Shown here one piece after another: positions 1 to 8,469 of a stretch of 32,000 bases of DNA. The stretch is from Amoeboradix gromovi X-113 (Eukaryota > Fungi > Sanchytriomycota): assembly GCA_018985225.1 (NCBI GenBank), contig JADGIF010000011.1, positions 13,167 to 45,166 of the forward strand, given 5' to 3'. Within the stretch, counting starts at the first letter, position 1. Each line of letters begins with the position of its first letter. A model generated the notes under the pieces. The model did no database searches and was not told the DNA's origin. It worked only from the letters and a program-made list of their open reading frames with translations. The translations under genes and the position numbers were made by a program.

Positions 1-736
1 CAAATCTCTCATACTATTGTTTTGAAATTGTATTGAAGGATAGAACAAATTTGTGACTTATTCCAACAATAGCTGTATTGTCGTCCTCTATTTTTGGCCT
101 CTACAGTGATTTTTTGCCTTTTTTTCCATCTTAACTTCTGAATGATAGATAAAAATGGCGTTACCATCTTCAACATCACGCTTCAGCATAAATGCGTCCG
201 ACCTATTATCAGCACAAGAGTGTATCATCTTATTTAATAAATGAATCCCTGCAATGCTCAATTTAACGCAGTCTTTCTTTTTAGATTTACTAGAAGATAA
301 CCACTTTTTTGAATGATCAGAACATTTAAATGGGATATGCTACCCAACTAGCTACTTACGCAATTCATATTCAGGTGTCATTCGAGGAGAACTTCCCTTC
401 ATCAATCCTCTTCAAGTACCTTCTGAAGCAAACAACTGGTATTTTTCTGGATTATCATCTATATTAGATTGTAGAAGGTATATATGCTCTGGAACTAGAA
501 ACCCATAATTCATAGTATCCTCAGCGAAAAGGCAATGTTAAAATATTCGTGGCCTACAAAAGTTGTTTCTTTCTGAACCAAGCTTCTAGTGCATTGGCTG
601 GAGCCTGAAATGATTCCAAAAGATACTTCACATTAACCTACTGACAGTTGATCTAGTTTTTATATTTGAAATACAAAAAAAAATCAAGTGTAATATCTTG
701 AAATAATTTCTGGTAAATTACTCTATTTATTACACA

Positions 737-1118
737 TGGGACATCAAATATAAAAACTGGACTAACTTTCTGAAATAGTTTGAATCATTATTTCAGCTTT
801 ATTAATTTATGGATTCAAGAGGCGAGGGGACATTCAGCTAGCTGCGGAGTTGACGAGTATAAAAGGAAAATAAATATTCTGTACAGCTATTCTCTTACTC
901 TTTCGAAGAAAGAGTACCGTCTAAGAAAATGCACCTTTTGCTTAGATGCTCAATGACCTCATATATTTGAAAGAGATGCAGGGTCTTCTAGTTTTATTTT
1001 GAAGAGGGGATTGAAAGTAATGAAAGAAGATTGGTATAATAGATCTTTTATTAATGATTTCATCCGTATGGTGCACCTTTAAAAACGAGTTAGTCTAGTT
1101 TTTATATTTGGTGTCCCA
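737..1118. mobile_element. Non-autonomous TG...CA element with ~31-bp terminal inverted repeats (MITE-like or solo-LTR-like)
   Basis: 736-767 ATGGGACATCAAATATAAAAACTGGACTAACT vs reverse complement of 1088-1119 ATGGGACACCAAATATAAAAACTAGACTAACT (30/32). The left 169 bp recur at 31788-31956. No clear TSD. Confidence 0.8.
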
Positions 1119-1123
1119 TCTGT

Positions 1124-1350
1124 TGTGCCATAAATAGTAAAAACTGGATTAACTATTTCTACCGAAGTACCTTGTATTTCTCATCTAGAGGGTAGGATAA
1201 ATACACTCACCAGAGTATTATTTTTGCCAGTCGGGTACTTCGCCACTTTTAGCAGTCATTTAATTGCTTTACGGTAGTTGTACCACTAGCTCACGACTTA
1301 ATCCACGACTACATCTTAGTGACTGCACAGGCGTACTCAAAGACTATTCT
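1124..1350 (+). repeat. Diverged member of the same terminal-motif family, homologous to 20369-20590
   Basis: Starts TGTGCCATAAATAGTAAAAACTGGATTAACT. Aligns by eye with the sequence from 20369 (shared TGCCAGTC, TTTTAG, ATCTA..AG..TAGG). Confidence 0.55.
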
Positions 1351-1604
1351 GAGAGCGAATGTTCTTATAGTTGGAACTGTTCCGATAAAGCGGAAGTACG
1401 TTTCAAAAGAATCATATTCTGTTGCAAGTGAAACTAACGATTTCTCTCGAATGCATGAACCGCTTCTTATTTGCAGTACCCTGGGAGTCTAAAGTTATGC
1501 TGGTATATTGCATCCCAACATAAATCTCAACTTGACCTTCATAAGACAAATTAAGTTTGCAATCAGAAAAAGAGAAGCCTGTAAGGTACTTAATTTCAGT
1601 AGTT

Positions 1605-1780
1605 TGAGGAAACATTTTGGAAGTGTGCTCTGATAATAAAGTTAAGGTGGTAAACGAGGATAACAAAAAAAAGAGACGATAGCCTATTACATGTATGATT
1701 GGTGATAAAAAATATGGGAAATATCTACTGGACTAGATCTAGTTAGTACGCTAGTTTAGAGGTTTGGTCCAGTTTTTGTA
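1605..1780. repeat. Inverted repeat, left copy (partner 4694-5030)
   Basis: 1692-1780 is the exact reverse complement of 4694-4782. 1605-1694 is the exact reverse complement of 4941-5030. Confidence 0.92.
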
Positions 1781-1977
1781 ACATACCAGCTATTATAAAT
1801 TAAATATGTGTGAAGTAACTCTGTATCACGGGATGCCAACTACAGGTCATTCTGCCATAATAGTAGGAACTGCTACCTAAAATGTTTTTTAATTTAACCA
1901 ACGAAGATAAATTGCCTTGGACCAATCAGGTTGCAGGAACATGTACTTAATGAAACTACAGTGACTTCAGGCAAACA

Positions 1978-2265
1978 ATGGAAAAGTGTATTTTGGATCC
2001 ATTGGAAGAATTAATCAAGTATCAATCTATTAAAAATACCCAGATTGAGGCGCAACGTAATCGTAGGCGTAAATTAAATGAGACTTATGAACAATTGAAG
2101 CATGAATTGAAGCACTATCTGGATGAGACTCAATTTCACACGAAGCAGAGAGTAGTTGATAAAACCATATTAGCCATTGAACACCACAGACAGCGTAAAC
2201 TTGAACTAGAAAACGAGCAATGTGAACTAGTTCAAGCATTGAAAGCTTTGGATAATCAAAAGTAA
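1978..2265 (+). CDS. Small bHLH(-zipper)-like protein
   Basis: 95-aa ATG ORF. IEAQRNRRRKLNETYEQLKHEL...TKQRVVDKTILAI followed by a leucine heptad matches the bHLH basic/helix1/helix2 pattern. Confidence 0.6.
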   Translation: MEKCILDPLEELIKYQSIKNTQIEAQRNRRRKLNETYEQLKHELKHYLDETQFHTKQRVVDKTILAIEHHRQRKLELENEQCELVQALKALDNQK

Positions 2266-2301
2266 GATTTAATAAAATGTTTTTACTTATCCTTGTTTTA
2301 A

Positions 2302-2499
2302 ATGGGTTGTGATAAAGCCAAAAATCAGTTACTAAAATGTCTAAAAAATTCAGAATGCATAAAGACGCACAGCGGATCCCAGTGTTTGAAAAAGGAATTA
2401 AGGCCTGCAGAGTGTGACGAAGCATACATAACATTTTACCACTGTAAAAGAGCCATGCTTGATCCACGATATAGGTTCAAAGGTAATATATTTGAATAA
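2302..2499 (+). CDS. COA5: Cytochrome c oxidase assembly factor 5 (Pet191 family)
   Basis: 65 aa, twin CX9C-type cysteines, C-terminal CKRAMLDPRYRFKGN typical of Pet191/COA5. Confidence 0.88.
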   Translation: MGCDKAKNQLLKCLKNSECIKTHSGSQCLKKELRPAECDEAYITFYHCKRAMLDPRYRFKGNIFE

Positions 2500-2609
2500 A
2501 TTTACTGACCGGCTGCTGCGTTTCTTAATAAATTTATTTTGTATACCGCTGGAATCTCATTCTTATTCTGAGCCTCAAATATGTAAGATTTAGTTCTTAG
2601 CTTTCGTTC

Positions 2610-2890
2610 TAGCTCATTTTGAACAATCTCTTGCAACATGGAGTAGTGCGAGAGATAAGACCAGATACCGAGGCCAGTGGTTTGGATCATCGATGCACAT
2701 TAAGTTCTGAGTGGGTGGCATTTCTTCAAGCTCTGCATTTCGCCATTAAGGCTCTTCTCAGGTGCAGTAATAACTCTAATGCTGCTTATGTTTTATATGT
2801 ATGTTAGCCTCATTATCAATTATCTCAAGACAAAATTTCCATTGAATTTTTGTCCGTTATCTAGCAACATTTTGGCCAATTGACTGCGAG
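2610..2890 (-). pseudogene. Degenerate rve-type integrase fragment
   Basis: Across shifted frames, in the expected order: LLDNGQKFNGNF, IRVITAPEKSLNG, DDPNHWPRYLVLSL. These resemble SDNGxxF / TAPYxPxxNG / WxxxL. Confidence 0.45.
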
Positions 2891-3004
2891 AAAACTTACA
2901 CTAGATTTGCAAGGATCTTAACTTAGGTGTGAAAACAGCTTTTTAAGGATGTCAAAGCGTATAAAAACTAAAGGATAATCAAGCACCGAATAGTAGAAAA
3001 CAGT

Positions 3005-3841
3005 TTATTTATTGATCTTCTTTTTTGCTGGCTTCTTCTTGAGAGGCTGAGGTGCATTTTTATGTACTTTTCTCCACCACCGTTGAAGCAGCAGAATTGC
3101 AGTGACCTGCATTTCGATCAGTTTTTTAGCGTCCTGTCTCTTAGAAATCTCCACATTATAACCTACTATCACTGCGTTTTTGTCTCGAAATTCAATGGCA
3201 GCTTTTTCCAGTTCATTAGATTTCTTCTCGGTTTCTATTTTCAAATTTTCGATTTCTGTTTCTTGAAGTTCAATTTTTTTCTCATAGTCGTTAACCCATT
3301 TGTCCAGTACGCCTGCGTCACTTTCTTTTTCTAGTGAAAAATGATCTTCGAGTTTTTTCATTGTTATAGTATCTCTGTTAGTAATCCACGCAAAGTTATC
3401 TAATTCTAAAATCAGCTTATCCTCCAGTACCTTTTTTTGCTCAATCACAAATGCCTTCTCATTAGACAAGTGCTTATCAACTATCTCTACTTGTCTTCTG
3501 TAGCTATGGACTATTTCGTTTCTCTTTAATCGTAGCTGAATTAGTGTGTTTTGTCGTTTTTCAATTTCACAAGCCCATTTAGATACAGTCTCATCAACCT
3601 CCTTTCTTCGCGCTTCCATATCTTCCTTATATTTTAAGTTCATTGATTTTAGTAGCTCATATTCATTTAACATCTTAGAAGACTTTCTAATAATATCGTT
3701 GTAGTTCTCTTCAGGATTCATTTGGATTTGGTGCAGAACTGAAATAACTTTCTCTAATCCCTTCAATTTAGAGATATCCAAAGATCTGGCATGGGATCTC
3801 AAAGTGTTTATGAAGTCATCCAAAAATTGGTTTTGTGACAT
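3005..3841 (-). CDS. Coiled-coil protein with C-terminal IQ motif and Lys-rich tail (dynein regulatory complex DRC9/IQCG- or DRC10/IQCD-like)
   Basis: Long coiled coil, KWVNDYE, AILLLQRWWRK IQ-like motif, KKKPAKKK tail. Confidence 0.65.
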   Translation of the reverse strand: MSQNQFLDDFINTLRSHARSLDISKLKGLEKVISVLHQIQMNPEENYNDIIRKSSKMLNEYELLKSMNLKYKEDMEARRKEVDETVSKWACEIEKRQNTLIQLRLKRNEIVHSYRRQVEIVDKHLSNEKAFVIEQKKVLEDKLILELDNFAWITNRDTITMKKLEDHFSLEKESDAGVLDKWVNDYEKKIELQETEIENLKIETEKKSNELEKAAIEFRDKNAVIVGYNVEISKRQDAKKLIEMQVTAILLLQRWWRKVHKNAPQPLKKKPAKKKINK

Positions 3842-3858
3842 AGCTAAATGACCTTTTA

Positions 3859-4641
3859 TTAAAATAAAGAGCTCGGAATGTTCAGAGTGCTACAATTATC
3901 ATTCGAATTTCTTAGTGCAATGTTAACTTTTTCAAACAACACTCTGCAATGTTCTTGTCCACTTTTTATAATATTTCGAAGCAACAATAAATTGCATAAT
4001 CCACTGTTTGTGGTCACAACTTTGTTAGCAGATCCACCAGTAATGCAATGGACCAGTATTCCACCAGATAAAAGCTCCTCCTCTCTTGGGTCTATGCAGA
4101 ATCCAGTTCCAATATTTATGATTGAGCATGTCAACGGAAAATCCTCATAATTTGGAATTCTCTCAGCTGCATTGACATCATCCACTACTTCTACTTCTCC
4201 ATTCAGCACAATAATACTTGGTAGCTTAACATCCCAAATTGCACTTTTTAATGCTATGAAGCATGCGTCAACTATGTTACCCGTTGAGTTTGTAAATGAT
4301 ATAGTCACTTTTAGTAGCCAGCTAAACTTATCATTTATCTTCGGCAATTCCAAGTTAACATTTGATAAAACTGATTCTAGATCTGCAACTTGTTCCTCGT
4401 TCACATCGCTCTTCTTATCAATCATAAATTCTATATTATCATTTGCTTCTTCCACCACATCCCCAAATATCTGCACAATACATGTTACTATTCCTAGCAC
4501 ACATTTACTACTTCCATTTGCTCTAGGTAGTATACCCATTTCTATGTTTATGTCTCTATAGTCGTGTATTTGTCTCCCATCTATCCTGCAGTTACTCTTT
4601 ATTCCGTTCGAAATAAAATCTACTTCATTCTCCGATAGCAT
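3859..4641 (-). CDS. RRP42: Exosome complex component RRP42 (RNase PH family)
   Basis: MLSENEVDFISNGI...RIDGRQIHDYRDI...ILPRANGSS and DPREEE. First ATG at 4641 (the track start is TTG). Confidence 0.88.
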   Translation of the reverse strand: MLSENEVDFISNGIKSNCRIDGRQIHDYRDINIEMGILPRANGSSKCVLGIVTCIVQIFGDVVEEANDNIEFMIDKKSDVNEEQVADLESVLSNVNLELPKINDKFSWLLKVTISFTNSTGNIVDACFIALKSAIWDVKLPSIIVLNGEVEVVDDVNAAERIPNYEDFPLTCSIINIGTGFCIDPREEELLSGGILVHCITGGSANKVVTTNSGLCNLLLLRNIIKSGQEHCRVLFEKVNIALRNSNDNCSTLNIPSSLF

Positions 4642-4693
4642 TCTCCTTAACAAAAATGAATAAAATTTTTGCAATATAAATCTAGCGTGACAC

Positions 4694-5030
4694 TACAAAA
4701 ACTGGACCAAACCTCTAAACTAGCGTACTAACTAGATCTAGTCCAGTAGATATTTCCCATATTTTTTATCACCAATCATACAAGACTTTTGTAACTTGTT
4801 TGCCAATGACAACGCTACAACTACTTTTTCGTTTAATGATCACATTAGTCAGTTATCTGGTGGTCATGACTATTTAGTAATAGAATTATCGTGTGATATG
4901 GCTATTATATTATAACTTTGCATACTTTTTGATGGTCTAGACATGTAATAGGCTATCGTCTCTTTTTTTTGTTATCCTCGTTTACCACCTTAACTTTATT
5001 ATCAGAGCACACTTCCAAAATGTTTCCTCA
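4694..5030. repeat. Inverted repeat, right copy, with ~160 bp of extra internal sequence (about 4783-4940)
   Basis: Two blocks are identical to the reverse complement of 1605-1780. ACA occurs at both edges of the extra segment. Confidence 0.92.
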
Positions 5031-5517
5031 TTTTTAAAGTCCTTGGTTTCTGAAAATCAAAATTTCCACAGAAACCCTGTAAAGCAAGTTAATCTTTCAC
5101 AGTGATTACTCAAGGTTCTACTACCATGAGCGGGCTTGATTAGTGGTACTTTTATCTCAAGTTAATGGTCTATTCACTTCTAAATGACAGATTTTGTATC
5201 TAGATCTCTCCGGTTAGCTTCTTAAGAGCTCCACATCTTGTGTATGTATGACTAGTAGATGCTTTAATGCACCTCATCAATGTCTTTTCCTTTTTCAGAC
5301 AAAAATTCAATTTAATGCCGATGTCTGAATGAGTTTTTTCTTTATCGTGCACTAATGTAAGCAGATTTTACAAATTGCATCTGGGATTACTTGGAGACAA
5401 ATATCGCGGACACAAAAAAGAGAATATCCTGTACACATTCAATTAGTAAATTATAGTTTGAGGAACTGGTGGGGATAAAATCGATGTTATCACCATAAAT
5501 GTTTTATTTAGTAAAAA

Positions 5518-7230
5518 TTAAGTGTCTGCTTTCTCTTCCACCGTTTCCAAGTCTATTTCTTTTGGTAAACTTTCCATACTCATGTTTATTGACGATGTAG
5601 TCTCCTCGCTAGGTAAAGTCTCCATTATTCTTCCAGAATCTTTTTCTAACCCACGTGTGCTTAATGATGTGCTCAATCTTGGCTCTGATGGATGTGGCGA
5701 TCTATGGTGTAACTCTGTCATACTACCTCTTCTACTCATTACTTTCCGTAAGTCTACCACCATATTGGAGAATGATGAACTCAATCGCCGTATATTTTTT
5801 TTGAATTTGTCCATTATAGTGACTGCGTTGTCTACTTCAAAGTCAGTAACATTTATGACATCATACTGCTGTGGATTAGTGTCTGAAATCCATTGCTCCA
5901 CTTCCTCACTAGTCATTGTGCTGGTAATCCACTTGTGGTGCTTCATGTGATCTAAAGTAATTCGTCTATCCCACCTTTTCTCGAGTAGTTTAACTAATAG
6001 ATCTTTACAATCTTCACTAGGTCCATCAGGCAGTATTAATTCCTTTTTAGGAATAACATCCAGCAACTCGTATTCATTTGCCGCAGTAAAGGGTACGTGA
6101 CCATAAATCATACAATACAAAGTAACCCCCAATGCCCATATATCGATAGATTTAGTCACATAAACTTTGTATGAAGGATCATCTATCAATGGATGGGGCT
6201 CATTGTCGTATTTTATTGGTAGATGCGACTCATTGCTGGCCACACATAATTCAGGTGCAAAGAAAGCAGGGCTACCCACAGTCTTTTCTAATTCAGGGTC
6301 ATTCTCTAATTTGCTGAAATGCGATACCCCAAAGTCAGTAATTTTAACGATCAACTCACGCTGAGAACCGGAAATATTGTTAAAAGTATATAGCAAATTT
6401 GCTGGTTTTATATCTCTATGAATGACACCCTGATAGTGTAAATAATCAAGACCACTGATTACTTGTTTGATTATATATCTAGCCTGATCTTCGCTAATAA
6501 CTGGGTAATACAAATCCTCTTCTTCCTCGTTGTCCACTTTATCATTTGAAGAATCAGAATCGGAATCATCGCCAATATAGAACTGAGAGCTAGATTGTTT
6601 ATCCAGCTGTTCAAGGTCACGATGAGGAGCCACACCGTCTAGTGGTTCATTTTGATCACTCCAGAGAACAGGCGAGTTTATGGAAAAGTCCTCATCCTCT
6701 GAAGAATCAGAAATAGAAAACGAAGTGCTCTTAAATATGGAATCAAAGTCTGATGCAATTGGTTGCTCATGGCTGTTGTTTGATTCTGGGTACTTTTTGC
6801 GCCATTTTATATGTCCATGGCAATATTCCATCACTAAATAAACATTTTCATCAAAGGGGTCTTCTATAACTTCTAGTAGTCTGACAACGTTGGGATGATT
6901 TAACTTCTTCATAATGGCTATTTCCTTTTTTATAAGCGTCAAATAATTATTGTCATTTTGAAAATTACCTTTTTTATTTTTAGGGATAACTTTGATGGCT
7001 ACAAATAAATTGTCTGATGCTGATGGAGCTTTGCCCATATATACTTTACCATGCACGCCTTTGCCAATTGTTTTGATTACCACATATTGATTGATTTGCT
7101 TATAACCTGCGGGAGAAGTACCTTTGACAAGAGCGCTTGTGTACTTTACAGGTGTGGCTATACTGGTTGTAGGACTAGCTGGTGCAGAGCCTTCTTCTGA
7201 TTTTTTGTTCACTTTTAAAAAACTTCTCAT
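5518..7230 (-). CDS. CaMKK-family Ser/Thr kinase (Ssp1/Sak1-like) with large acidic insert
   Basis: INQY..IGKGVHGKV, VAIK, EIAIMKKLNHPNVVRLLEVIEDP, HRDIKPANLL, DFGVS, KTVGSPAFFAPE, DIWALGVTLYC. First ATG at 7230. Confidence 0.9.
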   Translation of the reverse strand: MRSFLKVNKKSEEGSAPASPTTSIATPVKYTSALVKGTSPAGYKQINQYVVIKTIGKGVHGKVYMGKAPSASDNLFVAIKVIPKNKKGNFQNDNNYLTLIKKEIAIMKKLNHPNVVRLLEVIEDPFDENVYLVMEYCHGHIKWRKKYPESNNSHEQPIASDFDSIFKSTSFSISDSSEDEDFSINSPVLWSDQNEPLDGVAPHRDLEQLDKQSSSQFYIGDDSDSDSSNDKVDNEEEEDLYYPVISEDQARYIIKQVISGLDYLHYQGVIHRDIKPANLLYTFNNISGSQRELIVKITDFGVSHFSKLENDPELEKTVGSPAFFAPELCVASNESHLPIKYDNEPHPLIDDPSYKVYVTKSIDIWALGVTLYCMIYGHVPFTAANEYELLDVIPKKELILPDGPSEDCKDLLVKLLEKRWDRRITLDHMKHHKWITSTMTSEEVEQWISDTNPQQYDVINVTDFEVDNAVTIMDKFKKNIRRLSSSFSNMVVDLRKVMSRRGSMTELHHRSPHPSEPRLSTSLSTRGLEKDSGRIMETLPSEETTSSINMSMESLPKEIDLETVEEKADT

Positions 7231-7276
7231 TACAGCTCGAAACAAAGTTTGTAATGGGTTAATGTCTTGCGACGTA

Positions 7277-7326
7277 TAAAAACAGAGAATCTAACTTTAA
7301 AAACAGAGAATCTAACTTTAAAAACA
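7277..7326. repeat. Perfect 21-bp tandem duplication (about 2.4 units)
   Basis: TAAAAACAGAGAATCTAACTT at 7277-7297 and 7298-7318, plus a partial third unit. Confidence 0.9.
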
Positions 7327-8046
7327 TAAAGTTTACTGTTGGAGTGCGTGCTAGACATGAGGTGCAAAATCAAAGCTTTAAATTTCGTTAAATTAATGGA
7401 GATTTTAGGGCTAATGGACTAAATTGAAATGAGGGACGCTGAAAACGAGAAACAACTTTGACAGTGGTAACAGGTAAAATAACCAACAATGCTAGTCACG
7501 GGGTCACATTGATTTGAGATGGTATAATTCTTAAAATTAGACAACTATCAAATTTAATTGAATGCACCATTATCTTGATCGTGCGAAATATAAATTTCTA
7601 ATATAATCTCTCTCTAAGTGTGTAACATCTGGATATTCTTTTTTGACTTGTGGCAAACCCCTCCAAGTTGCCACAGCTATAATATGTGAATATAAAGAAA
7701 TAACCGATACATGCCGAATACACCCACGATTCCAATACCTATAAAAGCCATCAAAGAGGTACCTTTACCATTTGCGAGATATTCAGCAGGCAATCGATAC
7801 ATCCACATGCTATTCAAAAGTGGACATCTTACTTGAAACATTCTCATCTAATAAACAAAAGAGATGTCTGACTGACAAGCCATTGCAATTATCCAGGAAG
7901 TTCTTTGACACCAGAATATTCTAAGACATAGTAGCGGTCATTTAGGATTGGGTAGAGAAGATATAACACTTTAAAGTAGGAACAGCTCACGCCTACGTTA
8001 AATGTGAAGAATTCGAAAATCAAGAAGATTTCAAACCCCACACTTC

Positions 8047-8469
8047 TCAAGTAGACAACTTGGGGAGATACCATTTGAGCATGTTCTTGCCTACATTATT
8101 TCGAAGTGCCTGGATTGATATCTCTATGGTCTTGGTGACCGCATTGCTGAGAATGAAACCATCTATCATTGACATTCGCTCGACTTTGATGATCGCATTT
8201 GAAGCAAGTTATGGTAGAATAGGCCTCATTCATAACCAATAAACTTTGACCATACAATTTACATTTATGCGCTAGCCTTTGCTTGAATGTGTATTGACGC
8301 AACGATTGAATCCTTTCATAACGCTTGCAGCTACTACAAGTGTTGGACACATCATATTGTTTTTGAATGGTCGCAACTCTAATGAGCTTTGAGTTCTTTT
8401 CATTTCGCATATTCTGATGCGAACAAATTGCTCCAAGTCGTAGATCTGCAAAGTGTTGAATGGTGACAA
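8047..8469 (-). pseudogene. Fanzor/TnpB RNA-guided nuclease, C-terminal remnant (frameshifted)
   Basis: SLRQYTFKQRLAHKC..YG..LLVMNEAYSTITCFKC...WFHSQQCGHQDHRDIN contains the RuvC-II Glu, zinc ribbon and RuvC-III Asp. Overlapping frames give LRPFKNNMM upstream and GKNMLKWYL downstream. Confidence 0.8.

Noticed and set aside
1-650. Possible coding remnant at the window start
   Set aside because: Only short open stretches with no convincing ordered motifs; left uncalled.
1088-1105. Helitron 3' end (CTAG followed by T)
   Set aside because: The motif occurs as paired inverted termini and often as CCAG, without the adjacent GC-rich hairpin.
1412-1666. 84-aa ORF
   Set aside because: It starts at TTG inside the inverted repeat and has no recognisable motif.
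4642-4650. Shine-Dalgarno-like AGGAG before several ATGs (RRP42, 20324 ORF, MTD1)
   Set aside because: The genes are clearly eukaryotic, the spacing is too short and variable, and most genes lack it.
7277-7326. Possible CRISPR-like or regulatory array
   Set aside because: It is a simple tandem duplication with no spacers.
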